Virus record (IMG/VR): IMGVR_UViG_2675903691_000001
Location: 5,365-69,364 of that record
Reading direction: 5' to 3' (one strand)
Source of the DNA: a virus
Taxonomy: Duplodnaviria > Caudoviricetes
DNA: 64,000 bases
Below the pieces are notes generated by a model that saw nothing but the letters and a program-made list of their open reading frames with translations, ran no database searches and was not told the DNA's origin. Numbering within the stretch: position 1 is the first letter of the stretch; each line of letters starts with the position of its first letter. The position numbers and the translations under genes are program-made. Positions 55,262 through 63,760 of this stretch are shown one piece after another.

Positions 55262-56327
55262 CGATCACCTCCCTGGGCGGATCTTCCGGCCCGAACACCG
55301 CGTCGAAGGCGGCCTTGTTGTGTTCCGTCACGGTCGGCTTCTGGTACGCACCTCGGGAGACCGGCGTCCGGCGTTCCTTGGCGGACTTCTCCCAGGTGAT
55401 GACCGCGGCCTTCCAGTCCTTCATCGGGTTCTTGCCGACCTTCCAGCCGTTGGACTGGTAGTGGCTGACGAACGCCTCGGCATCGACTTCGTTGTTCCGC
55501 TCGGCACAGTACCGGGCGACTTCTTCGACCGTGGGGGGCGTGAACTTCTTCTGCGGCGTCGTGACTGTTTTCGGCGGCCGAATCTTCCAGAGCCAGCTTT
55601 GCAGTTGATCGGCGATCAGTTCCTGTTCGTCGGGCTCCGCGTTGCGAAAGCACTCTTTTTCGAGTGTGAACAGATCGTTGATGAGTCGTGAGCAGTTCCA
55701 GACGGGCCTAGGCGGGGGTGACTCACCGGAGTTGCGTGATTCAGCCGGCTCGTCCTCTCCCCCGCTCCCTTCCCGATGTTCCTGCTTAGCACGCACAGGC
55801 GATCGATCGGTCTGGGACTCAACACCACCGGGAATAGTTTCTGTCGGGGCGACGGCTCGTTTTTTGGTCGTCACCACCGGGTTATTTTCTGGGGCCTGAG
55901 ACTCTGTCGATTGCGTCTCATCGGCCGGCTCGGACAGGTCTTCGCCGTGCTGGGCGCGACGCCAGGCCTTCATTTCGGCGACCGTGGCGTCGTTCTCACT
56001 AGCCCAATCGAGACACGCAACAGCGTCATCCCAATGGAGTGCTGTGCTGAAGTGGAACCATTTGAGGTTATAAAAATTTCTATAACGCTCTCCAAACTTT
56101 TCGTAGATGCGACGTGCGATGTTGACTTCGGGTTGACTGAATCCAACCAGAGTTCCGAAATCTGCATCGGTTCGACCTTTGGCATATTTCTGGGTCCATC
56201 GAAACGCACATTCTCCGATTGTCCAATTACATGACGACAGTGATGCCTGCGCCCGCTCAATGAGCTGTTCTTCGGTCTCTTCGGCCTGCTGGACGATGGC
56301 GGGCGGGTTGGCGTTAAATAGTTTCAC
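55239..56327 (-). CDS. Replication initiator (replisome-organiser-type C-domain) with extra N-domain
   Basis: FTPPTVEEV...FVSHYQSNGWKVGKNPMKDWKAAVITWEK. Confidence 0.75.
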   Translation of the reverse strand: MKLFNANPPAIVQQAEETEEQLIERAQASLSSCNWTIGECAFRWTQKYAKGRTDADFGTLVGFSQPEVNIARRIYEKFGERYRNFYNLKWFHFSTALHWDDAVACLDWASENDATVAEMKAWRRAQHGEDLSEPADETQSTESQAPENNPVVTTKKRAVAPTETIPGGVESQTDRSPVRAKQEHREGSGGEDEPAESRNSGESPPPRPVWNCSRLINDLFTLEKECFRNAEPDEQELIADQLQSWLWKIRPPKTVTTPQKKFTPPTVEEVARYCAERNNEVDAEAFVSHYQSNGWKVGKNPMKDWKAAVITWEKSAKERRTPVSRGAYQKPTVTEHNKAAFDAVFGPEDPPREVIDESDVPF

Positions 56328-57244
56328 TGTGGCAGCGCTCCGTTGCTCGGTCCGTTGACGATCAGGATTTCAGGGGCCTGCTTCGGCCTGGCTCCCCTTC
56401 CGTTCTGGGCGTGAAGGTGTTTCTGGCGGTAGCACTCAACGAACGTCCAGCCGTCGTAGAGTTCGCGGATCCGCTGGCAGTCGTAGTAGCTGACGACAAC
56501 TCTGGCTTTCCGGTACCCGCGAAGGACTTCTGCTAAGCGGGTGTGATCGTCGCCAAACATGCCGTCGCTGTGATCGAACTCGTGCAGGTACTTTCCGCCG
56601 CGCCCGTTCTTAATTGCGCCTTTTGATCTCGTGATCGCGTGGTACGGCGGATCCGCGTAGATTGCGGTCCCTGTACAGTCCTCGAAGCGGTCAATGATCT
56701 TGAACGCATCCCGTTGCAGGATGACGACATTCTTCAGGCGATTGTGCCAAGCGGGAAGAGATTCAAGAGCGTTGCGAAATCGGACGGTTGGGGATCCGCC
56801 GTTCTTTGTCCAACGCACCGCAATCTGATAATCGAGACGAGCGGTACCCGCTGTTCCATTGCGACCCATCCACGACGCGAGGAAGTACCAGTAGGCCCGT
56901 TCGCGGTTGTTTCCGCAGTTGTCCACTTCGGGTGGCTGTTCATCAAAGTACGCTCGAGCATCATTCAGCAGTCCCTCACTAAAGAGAGTTCGCTGACATC
57001 GGTCATAGAGCCAGACCGCATCATGTTCGTTCTGCAGACATCCGGCCAGATTCACAAGATCGCCGTGCAGGTCGTTGACGGTCTCTTTCTGGCTGGGCTC
57101 CTTCGCGAACAGCACGGCCATTGATCCGCAGAACGGCTCGAAATACTGGGTATGCTTTCCCAGTTCGTGGACAACCAGCGGAGCCATCGTCCGTTTACCT
57201 CCAAACCAGGGTGCGATGGCTTTAATCTTCATGTCCTTTGTCAC
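56324..57244 (-). CDS. dam: DNA adenine methyltransferase (Dam/D12 class)
   Basis: PWFGGK, YFEPFCGS, VNDL, YADPPY. Confidence 0.92.
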   Translation of the reverse strand: MTKDMKIKAIAPWFGGKRTMAPLVVHELGKHTQYFEPFCGSMAVLFAKEPSQKETVNDLHGDLVNLAGCLQNEHDAVWLYDRCQRTLFSEGLLNDARAYFDEQPPEVDNCGNNRERAYWYFLASWMGRNGTAGTARLDYQIAVRWTKNGGSPTVRFRNALESLPAWHNRLKNVVILQRDAFKIIDRFEDCTGTAIYADPPYHAITRSKGAIKNGRGGKYLHEFDHSDGMFGDDHTRLAEVLRGYRKARVVVSYYDCQRIRELYDGWTFVECYRQKHLHAQNGRGARPKQAPEILIVNGPSNGALPQ

Positions 57245-57555
57245 CGGAACCGCCTCCGCTGCGACTGATGTTTCTGCTGTCGTTCCCGCTTCTCCAGGCT
57301 GCGGTCAGACCGGTTATCGAGTGCGGTTTCCCGGTCGAGTTCAAACACCGCCGAGCAGTTGTTGCAGCTATAAGTGTTCGGCTCAATCTCCTTCGTGGAG
57401 ACGCGTCCGCAACGCGGGCAGTACGGCTTCAGGTCGACCGTTTTGTTGCGGTTTTTCGCGTTCTCCAGCGGGGCTCCGCAACCCAGGCAGTGCGTCCCGT
57501 TGTGCGGTCGCTTCCCGTTGCAGAACCGGCAGTTGAAGGTCTTGTCTTCCGTCAT
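57241..57555 (-). CDS. Multi-zinc-ribbon protein
   Basis: CRFC, CLGC, CPRC, CNNC. Confidence 0.7.
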   Translation of the reverse strand: MTEDKTFNCRFCNGKRPHNGTHCLGCGAPLENAKNRNKTVDLKPYCPRCGRVSTKEIEPNTYSCNNCSAVFELDRETALDNRSDRSLEKRERQQKHQSQRRRFR

Positions 57556-57785
57556 GAGTGAACTGCTTCCTTTCTGTTCAGCAAGCCTTCCGCAACGTCA
57601 CAGAGCGAGGCCACCAACTCCAGGTAGGCTGCGTCTGTATCGAGGACTCGACGCTTCACCAGTGCGAAACCGCCGAGATCTTCAATGAGTTGTTTCAAGG
57701 CGAAGACCAGTCGATCCCAGTCTTCGGGCTCGCCCCCTTCGACGTTGCGCGCGCTGGCAATGAATTGGGCCGGGTTACGAATCAT
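57552..57785 (-). CDS. Hypothetical protein
   Basis: ATGA-coupled on both sides. Confidence 0.65.
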   Translation of the reverse strand: MIRNPAQFIASARNVEGGEPEDWDRLVFALKQLIEDLGGFALVKRRVLDTDAAYLELVASLCDVAEGLLNRKEAVHS

Positions 57786-57988
57786 GTTTTCTTTGGCCCT
57801 TCTCCTCGCTGAATGTTGTCCCATAGTTCCTGTCGCCAGAACTTAATCTCGGGGTCGCTAGCAAAGCCCAGCAGGGCTCTGTTCAGGCCGTGTTCTGATC
57901 GCACATCAACGAGCATTACGCTGCCGATTTCCTTGCCGTTCTGAACGATCACAACCTTTTCATCCATAAATCTCGAAAGAATTAACAC
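57782..57988 (-). CDS. Divergent CsrA-like protein
   Basis: MLILSR..DEKVVI...LGFASDPEIKFWRQEL. Confidence 0.7.
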   Translation of the reverse strand: MLILSRFMDEKVVIVQNGKEIGSVMLVDVRSEHGLNRALLGFASDPEIKFWRQELWDNIQRGEGPKKT

Positions 57989-58026
57989 GCTTAAGTCCTT
58001 CCAATTACAAACACTGCACCTTCTGT

Positions 58027-59538
58027 TTACTCGACCCCGCGGACTTCGAACTTGGCATCCTCTTCCTGGGACGCTTCCGCCGTCAGAATGGCGACATTCC
58101 GTTCGACCGCCTTCGCCTCGATCTTCATGCGGTTGTCGTGGTCCAACCCTTCGAAGACTTCCTGGCTGATGACCAGAATCCCGTGTTCGCCGACGTGGTC
58201 CGCCGCGATGTCGATGGCGATGGCGCCGCGTTCGCCGGCCGAGAGTTCGTGATACGGCGTCGACTTGCCTCGGTCGGTTTCAGTCACCAGCCGGGCTGAT
58301 TTCCCGTCGGACTCGATCCGCAGCAGATTGCTGTGAATGGCGTTGCTGAGAACTTCGTCCGTCGCTCGACCGGCGTCCCGGAGTCGACCAGCGCGGTCCC
58401 GTGCCTTCGAAGCCAGCGTGCGGTGTTCTGCCGCTTTCTCCGAAGTCTTGATCGCCTGGCGGATGACGGCCCCCTGCTCGACCTGTTGGCGGGCGGTATC
58501 GACGACTGCTTGGGCCTCGACGATCGCTTGATCTTCGACGGGCGACAGAGCCTTGAAGTCATCGACCAGCTTCGTCGAGAGATCAATCGCCGACTGACGG
58601 GTGCCCTGCGACCGAATTCGTTCATGCAGCACGTCAATTCGGGAGACCACCTCGCCCCGCTTCTTCTTCCATTCCGCGAGTCGACTTTCTGTCTTTTTGA
58701 TCGCCTCATCGACGGAATCGCGGGCAGCCAGCGCCGCCTCATATTCCTTCGTTGCCTCTTCCAGAGGCTGCGTTTCTTCACTCAGCAGTTTGTCGAGCTG
58801 CTGCTGGGCGGTGTCAGCGGTCAGCTTTGCTCGCTGGTATTCCTGCTGTGACGAATGCAGCCGCGTGAGAATGTCTCGGGCCGAGTCGTATTCCTTCGCA
58901 AGTTCTGCCGCGTCGCTGGGGGCGCTGAGATCCAGATCCTCGGGAACACCCATCCCGTTGGCGTGCCCTTCCTCACGCTCCGCTTCCGCTTCCGCCTGAC
59001 GAGCCGCGGAGTCGTAATCCGCCTTGATCCGCCGGGCCATTTCGACCAGGTCTTCCGTCTTGACCGACTCGGGGTCGACGATCTTGTTCCAGTCTTCGAA
59101 CGCCTGATGCTTCTGAAACAACGTGGCGTCGGCCTTCACTCCGGTCAGGTAGACCAGGGCCTTGATGCGGGCTGCGTCGGCCGCCGCCGGCGACTTCAGG
59201 CGGGGATCGATCAGGGCTCCGATATCCAGTCGCCCTTCGAGGTGTTCGACCTGCACTTCCCCGGTGTGTCGACAGGTTCCCCCGAGAGTGATCTTCGCTC
59301 CGAAGGCATCGACGACACCCCGTTTTGTCTGATCCCGCAGGGGGACTTTGCCGGAGCCTTTGAGGGCGGTCGAAACCGCTTCCAGGGCCAGAGACTTACC
59401 GCTTCCGTTGGGGGCGACCAGTCGGGTGATGCCGCTGGGCCGGACATTGATCTCCATGCGGGGAATGGGACCGACGTTTTCGAGAATCACCGTGCGTGGG
59501 GCCGCCGCCTTCGTTGTCTTCGCTGCTTTCGTAGCCAT
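58027..59538 (-). CDS. SMC/SbcC-like ABC ATPase with coiled coil
   Basis: APNGSGKS; LSAGE signature; ILVISQE in place of Walker B DE. Confidence 0.75.
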   Translation of the reverse strand: MATKAAKTTKAAAPRTVILENVGPIPRMEINVRPSGITRLVAPNGSGKSLALEAVSTALKGSGKVPLRDQTKRGVVDAFGAKITLGGTCRHTGEVQVEHLEGRLDIGALIDPRLKSPAAADAARIKALVYLTGVKADATLFQKHQAFEDWNKIVDPESVKTEDLVEMARRIKADYDSAARQAEAEAEREEGHANGMGVPEDLDLSAPSDAAELAKEYDSARDILTRLHSSQQEYQRAKLTADTAQQQLDKLLSEETQPLEEATKEYEAALAARDSVDEAIKKTESRLAEWKKKRGEVVSRIDVLHERIRSQGTRQSAIDLSTKLVDDFKALSPVEDQAIVEAQAVVDTARQQVEQGAVIRQAIKTSEKAAEHRTLASKARDRAGRLRDAGRATDEVLSNAIHSNLLRIESDGKSARLVTETDRGKSTPYHELSAGERGAIAIDIAADHVGEHGILVISQEVFEGLDHDNRMKIEAKAVERNVAILTAEASQEEDAKFEVRGVE

Positions 59539-59600
59539 CGTTACGTTCCGAGAAAAAAGGGAGAGGGTGCGTGTCGTCAGGGAGAAATGGCGAGGCCGGT

Positions 59601-60680
59601 TTACTGGCCGTCTGCCTCGAACTGGTCGAAGGCCGCTTCGATCTTCTCGGCCAGGGCCGCTTTCTGGGCGTCGTTCAGATCGGAGGCGTCGATTTTCCGC
59701 TGCAGGGTGAGGATCTGTGTCTTGTTCGTGAGGTTCATGACCTCCTCTTCGAGAGCCGGGAAATCGGTCCCGAGCGTCTGCTGCTTGCCGGGCTTTTTCG
59801 TCGTGGTCTTCTGGGTTTCCGGCTGGACCGCCGGTTCCTGTTCGGCGGTCTTCGCCCCCTTCTTTGAGGCAGACTCCGTGGCCTTGTCCGTGCGGGACTT
59901 TCCAGCTGCAGCTTCGGCGGCAATGGCCTTTTGGCTGGGATACAGGTTCTCGATGGTGTCGATCCCTTCGTGCAGCGCGAGGGCATCGCTTCGCATGACG
60001 ACCAGGTCTTCGATGGTCAGAGCAGCAATGGTTGGGCGACCGAACTTCCCCAGCACCAAGTCGACCGGAACACCGTTCTGCGCGAGGCGTTCAACAGAGA
60101 GCCGTGCGATCTCCGCATGCCCCTTCTTCTCGATCGCCTTCTTGATGAGTTCGATCACGTTCTCTTTCGCGGCGTCGATCCCTTTGTCGGCGAGCCACTT
60201 CGGCAGCGCGTTCAGCACGACGTTACGGATGGCTTTCGACTGGCCGATTTGGAAGCGGATGTCGGCCTTGCGGAACTCGTCATGCTTGCCGTAGACGATG
60301 GAGTTCTTCGACTGGCGAAACTGCCGCATCAGCGTGAAACCGGTTTCGAGATCGACGAAAGCGGCGGTGAAGATCCAGGCGTCTGACACTTCTTGGACCG
60401 GCTGCATTTCGACGGCACAGTTCCCCCATGTGCGCACCAGAGCCATTGCGAGGTCGATGCTGGCCCCTTCGATCTTTTCTTTCCCGGCTCCCCAGCCGTA
60501 GAAGAACCGCTCGCCCGCCATGCCCGCCTCGGTAAGGAAGGTTTTTTCGATGCTGGGCAGGACACGGGGGCGCTGCACCGTCATCGCCGTCGCGTAGGAC
60601 GTCTTGATCTGCTGCATCGGGACTCCAGCCGCCGCCGGCAGTCCGCCTTCGTAAACCTTCAGTTCGCTGTCAGTCGTCAT
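59601..60680 (-). CDS. Putative recombination/single-strand annealing protein
   Basis: FFYGW...IEGASIDLAMALVRTWGNC family motif; near YqaJ. Confidence 0.5.
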   Translation of the reverse strand: MTTDSELKVYEGGLPAAAGVPMQQIKTSYATAMTVQRPRVLPSIEKTFLTEAGMAGERFFYGWGAGKEKIEGASIDLAMALVRTWGNCAVEMQPVQEVSDAWIFTAAFVDLETGFTLMRQFRQSKNSIVYGKHDEFRKADIRFQIGQSKAIRNVVLNALPKWLADKGIDAAKENVIELIKKAIEKKGHAEIARLSVERLAQNGVPVDLVLGKFGRPTIAALTIEDLVVMRSDALALHEGIDTIENLYPSQKAIAAEAAAGKSRTDKATESASKKGAKTAEQEPAVQPETQKTTTKKPGKQQTLGTDFPALEEEVMNLTNKTQILTLQRKIDASDLNDAQKAALAEKIEAAFDQFEADGQ

Positions 60681-60867
60681 CGTGTCATTCCTAAAAGGGT
60701 GGGTACTTGAAAAATCCCGTCCGTTCACAGTGGCTGATAAAACTCGAACGAACGGGGAGGAAAACATGCGTCCTTCAGTTCAAGTCGTGACCTTTCAGCG
60801 AGTGGCCTGGGTGTTGAGTCGCGGACGCAGGTCTTCGCATCCGGCACTGCCCGATGGGGCGAGTGAT

Positions 60868-61284
60868 TCAGGGGTGTGGAGCGATTGCTTTCTCAGGGTT
60901 CATTGCGAAATACGCTTGGTCGTATTCGCGGTAGTTGTCCCAATTGATGCAGCACAGGCGACTCCATGCGGCGTCGAAGCATTTGAATCGACACTCGCTC
61001 AGAAATCGGCCTGCGTAACCCATCGGGTGGATATCCGCGTCGGGATACTTGAACACCGATTCGTTCGGGTAGGCTTGCCGAATGAGTACGAGCATCGCGG
61101 ACTTAGCCGACTGGCACGCTGTCTTGTCTCGCTGAATCCAGCAGCCGTGCGTAATGCTGGGTTTCTCTCCCAGTGGAGCCATTGCATTGAATACGCTGAC
61201 ATCGAGTTTGTCGTAGGTGCGACACTCTTCTTCAGTCGAGAACCGGCTGCCGTCGGCTGCTTCATAGAGGGTGATCGTCTTCAT
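60868..61284 (-). CDS. Hypothetical protein
   Basis: YEAADGSRFSTEEEC start motif. Confidence 0.7.
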   Translation of the reverse strand: MKTITLYEAADGSRFSTEEECRTYDKLDVSVFNAMAPLGEKPSITHGCWIQRDKTACQSAKSAMLVLIRQAYPNESVFKYPDADIHPMGYAGRFLSECRFKCFDAAWSRLCCINWDNYREYDQAYFAMNPEKAIAPHP

Positions 61285-61312
61285 ACTGTCGCTCGGTTAG
61301 TGTGTGTGTTTC

Positions 61313-61355
61313 AAAAAGCCGCCGGGCTGTGCGGGCCAGCTTTGCCCGGCGGCTT
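61313..61355 (-). terminator. Intrinsic terminator, preceded by an 11-bp hairpin (61354-61381)
   Basis: 12-bp AAGCCGCCGGGC/GCCCGGCGGCTT plus U tract. Confidence 0.75.
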
Positions 61356-61384
61356 CACCAACGGTGTCCGGACCGCTGGTGACT

Positions 61385-61702
61385 TCAGCAACCCAGATGA
61401 GCCGGGTCGTAATATTCGGGGTGTTGCAGATGCACAGACTGCGACAGCCGTTCGAGCATGCAGTCAGCCAACAGGATCGCGCGACGGCAGATGAAATCGG
61501 GCCAGTGGACATCGGAGACGAACTGCTCCTCAATGATCCCCAATTCCCGAGCGACCGTGGACCTTGCCACGTTGTTGTTCGGGCAACAGTAGGGCACCAG
61601 ATGCACAGCCAGATACTCCCGCTTCGTCAGGCCATCGGCACCATTTGTTTGTCCGTAGAGAGCGGGAAACGCTGGCATCTCACTGTTCATCTTCGCGTCC
61701 AA
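61385..61702 (-). CDS. Hypothetical protein
   Basis: PAFP...GLTKREY...ADCML pattern; AGGAG RBS. Confidence 0.7.
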   Translation of the reverse strand: MDAKMNSEMPAFPALYGQTNGADGLTKREYLAVHLVPYCCPNNNVARSTVARELGIIEEQFVSDVHWPDFICRRAILLADCMLERLSQSVHLQHPEYYDPAHLGC

Positions 61703-61733
61703 GGCATTCTCCTGTTGAAGTAAAACGACCCTT

Positions 61734-61856
61734 CGCTCCGTTCACGTTTGCCAGCAGGTCCGGGATGGGTCCACCCGCACCTGGGAAAGTTCGTCGCGCT
61801 GGCGTTACTCAGCAGCGACTACCGCTTTGATCTCCGGACGGAACAGCCTTCGAGAT
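61734..61856 (-). ncRNA. Structured leader with AGUA/GAA loop-E motif
   Basis: CGCT-G-CTG-AGTA-ACG-CCAGC paired with GCTGG-CAAA-CGT-GAA-CGG-AGCG. Confidence 0.5.
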
Positions 61857-61871
61857 CCGAGCGGGACCTAC

Positions 61872-62924
61872 CTACTTCCCTTTGACTCGCAGCAGTCGCA
61901 CACTGCCCTTGCGGCCGACCTGACCGATGCGTGCGGCCAATTCGTCGACCTGCTTTTGAGTGACGAGCGAGTCTTTGACGGTGATCCGATTCACCCGAAT
62001 GTCCGACTCACTGAAAGTCGCCAGTTCGTGCATGCCGATCGCGTCGAGTAATGCGTTGGTGATCTCGTCCTTGCGATCTTCCAGGGCCTTCAATTGCAGG
62101 CTGATCTCTTCCCGCTCCAGCCAGGCATTCTTCAGGTCGAGGCCCAGTTCGATCTTCGAACCCACAACACAGCCGTACATCGACGTCAGCAGCTTGCGCG
62201 TCCCAGCGTGCGTGTAGTCCGGCGGCGGGGGATCACCGTTGACGATCCGTTCAGCCAGTTCCTTCTCGGCCTCGATGATCGTCGCGATCAGTTCGTCGCT
62301 GCGGGGGACCGTGTAGATCCGCAGTCGGTTATCCGTGAAGACTGGCACATCCGCCCGTTCGGTTCCCATCACGGCCATCTGGTGCTGGCACTGATACAGC
62401 ACCGTCAACGGCACCTGATCGGTCCCATCCTCGCCGTACTTCGAATCGTCGGTCCCCGTCTTGTCGAACATCCGGTAGCCGGCGTTCTTTGACTCGACCG
62501 TCCACTCTTCCGGTTCCGGTTCAGTGCGGTAGCCGCGTCCGTCCTGGGTCGCCCCCATCCACCAGTGGTTCGGGTGGAAATACATCGTCGAGTTCGGCTC
62601 GACCTGACACTTCATCTTCTTGGAGTACAGCCGCAGCACATACGGCTCGATCTCCAGCCCGTTTGACATCCGCTCCTTCTGTTCCTCGCTCGGCTCGAAC
62701 GGCGGCAGTTCACCGCGGGCTTCCATGTAGCCCTGCAGGGTGGAGCAGTGCGGGTCGACGCCGCAGGCCATTGCTGACCGACTGGCACCGATGATCACCG
62801 GGCGCGGGCTGCGGTTCTGATTGAAGAATCGCAGGCTATTCCACTCCTCGCTGTGAGCTTCCGGGCCTTTGATCGGAGCCGGACCGGAGGGCCTTCTCAC
62901 GCGTGACTGTTGGGATGCTCCCAT
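61872..62924 (-). CDS. YqaJ/lambda-exonuclease family recombination nuclease
   Basis: IGAS, GLEIEP, GATQDG, VESKN, YQCQHQM. Confidence 0.88.
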   Translation of the reverse strand: MGASQQSRVRRPSGPAPIKGPEAHSEEWNSLRFFNQNRSPRPVIIGASRSAMACGVDPHCSTLQGYMEARGELPPFEPSEEQKERMSNGLEIEPYVLRLYSKKMKCQVEPNSTMYFHPNHWWMGATQDGRGYRTEPEPEEWTVESKNAGYRMFDKTGTDDSKYGEDGTDQVPLTVLYQCQHQMAVMGTERADVPVFTDNRLRIYTVPRSDELIATIIEAEKELAERIVNGDPPPPDYTHAGTRKLLTSMYGCVVGSKIELGLDLKNAWLEREEISLQLKALEDRKDEITNALLDAIGMHELATFSESDIRVNRITVKDSLVTQKQVDELAARIGQVGRKGSVRLLRVKGK

Positions 62925-63099
62925 AATTCTTTCCGTGGGTTGGTGAGTGTGAATCGAGTTCCATGCGGCGAATCGCAAGGTCTCCAGGGGCGTCGAATCC
63001 GAGCCGGACTCGGTTGCGTCCGACCTGAATGACCGTGATGACGATCCCCTCGCCGATGAGGATGCTTTCGCCCGCTTTGCGTGTGAGAACCAGCATCAT
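62836..63099 (-). CDS. csrA: CsrA-like carbon storage regulator
   Basis: MLVLTRKAGESILIG...VRLGFDAP...IRRMEL. Confidence 0.9.
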   Translation of the reverse strand: MMLVLTRKAGESILIGEGIVITVIQVGRNRVRLGFDAPGDLAIRRMELDSHSPTHGKNYGSIPTVTREKALRSGSDQRPGSSQRGVE

Positions 63100-63193
63100 G
63101 CGTCTCCTGTAAAAACCATCCTTGGGGCCCTCTATGGCCCGGCCGGAAGCCGTTCCGACCGCATCCCTTGCTCGCCCGAATTGGGCGTCCTGT

Positions 63194-63421
63194 TCACTCC
63201 GTCAAGTCATCAATGACGTGCGTCGGTGGATTCAATGCAACCTGCAGGTCATACGTCGCCCGCAACAGGTCGATTGCGGCATCGAGGTCCATATGAACCA
63301 TTCGCAACAGATGGGCCGCACGCATGAGATCGAGGGTGTTGAACTGGGCCGCGATGTCATGCAGCACCGGAGCCCCGTTAGTGTGCCGGTCGATCTTGGA
63401 TTCCGTGGATGTGACTGGCAT
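63194..63421 (-). CDS. Hypothetical protein
   Basis: GAAGG RBS, 75 aa. Confidence 0.6.
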   Translation of the reverse strand: MPVTSTESKIDRHTNGAPVLHDIAAQFNTLDLMRAAHLLRMVHMDLDAAIDLLRATYDLQVALNPPTHVIDDLTE

Positions 63422-63479
63422 CGGCGCGTACCTTCATCGCAGAAAAAGTGGTGTGTGGAAAAATGCCCGCTTAAGAAAT

Positions 63480-63590
63480 TGGTGCTTTCGCGACAGGCTT
63501 CACTGAGAAGCCAACCCTGACGTCAGGGCCGCTGATTGTGGCTGGCCGTGTCACAGCCCTTTGGACTCAATCAGCTTGTCGCTACTCGCA
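63480..63590 (-). ncRNA. Four-way-junction RNA with loop-E motif ending in ACCA
   Basis: TGC-GAGTA-GCGACA / TGTCGC-GAAA-GCA-CCA closing three arms (8+5, 5 and 6 bp). Confidence 0.6.
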
Positions 63591-63592
63591 AG

Positions 63593-63664
63593 TGGGGGAT
63601 GCCGGCTCCGCCCCGGCTTCTTCGAGCGTATGAAGCTCGTGAGATTCTCAACCTCCCATCCCCG
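63593..63664 (-). tRNA. Non-canonical tRNA-like cloverleaf, anticodon CAT
   Basis: 72-nt canonical geometry; CGAGC-TTCATAC-GCTCG; C1:C72 mismatch; T loop GGCGGAG; lacks U8 and D-loop GG. Confidence 0.6.
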
Positions 63665-63760
63665 CTGTTGTTTCTGTTGACCTGTTGAGTGTTTTTGGAT
63701 TACGAATCCCGCCATCTGCAAAGACTCTGAAACTGTCGATCTTTCTCAAGGGCCCCATTC

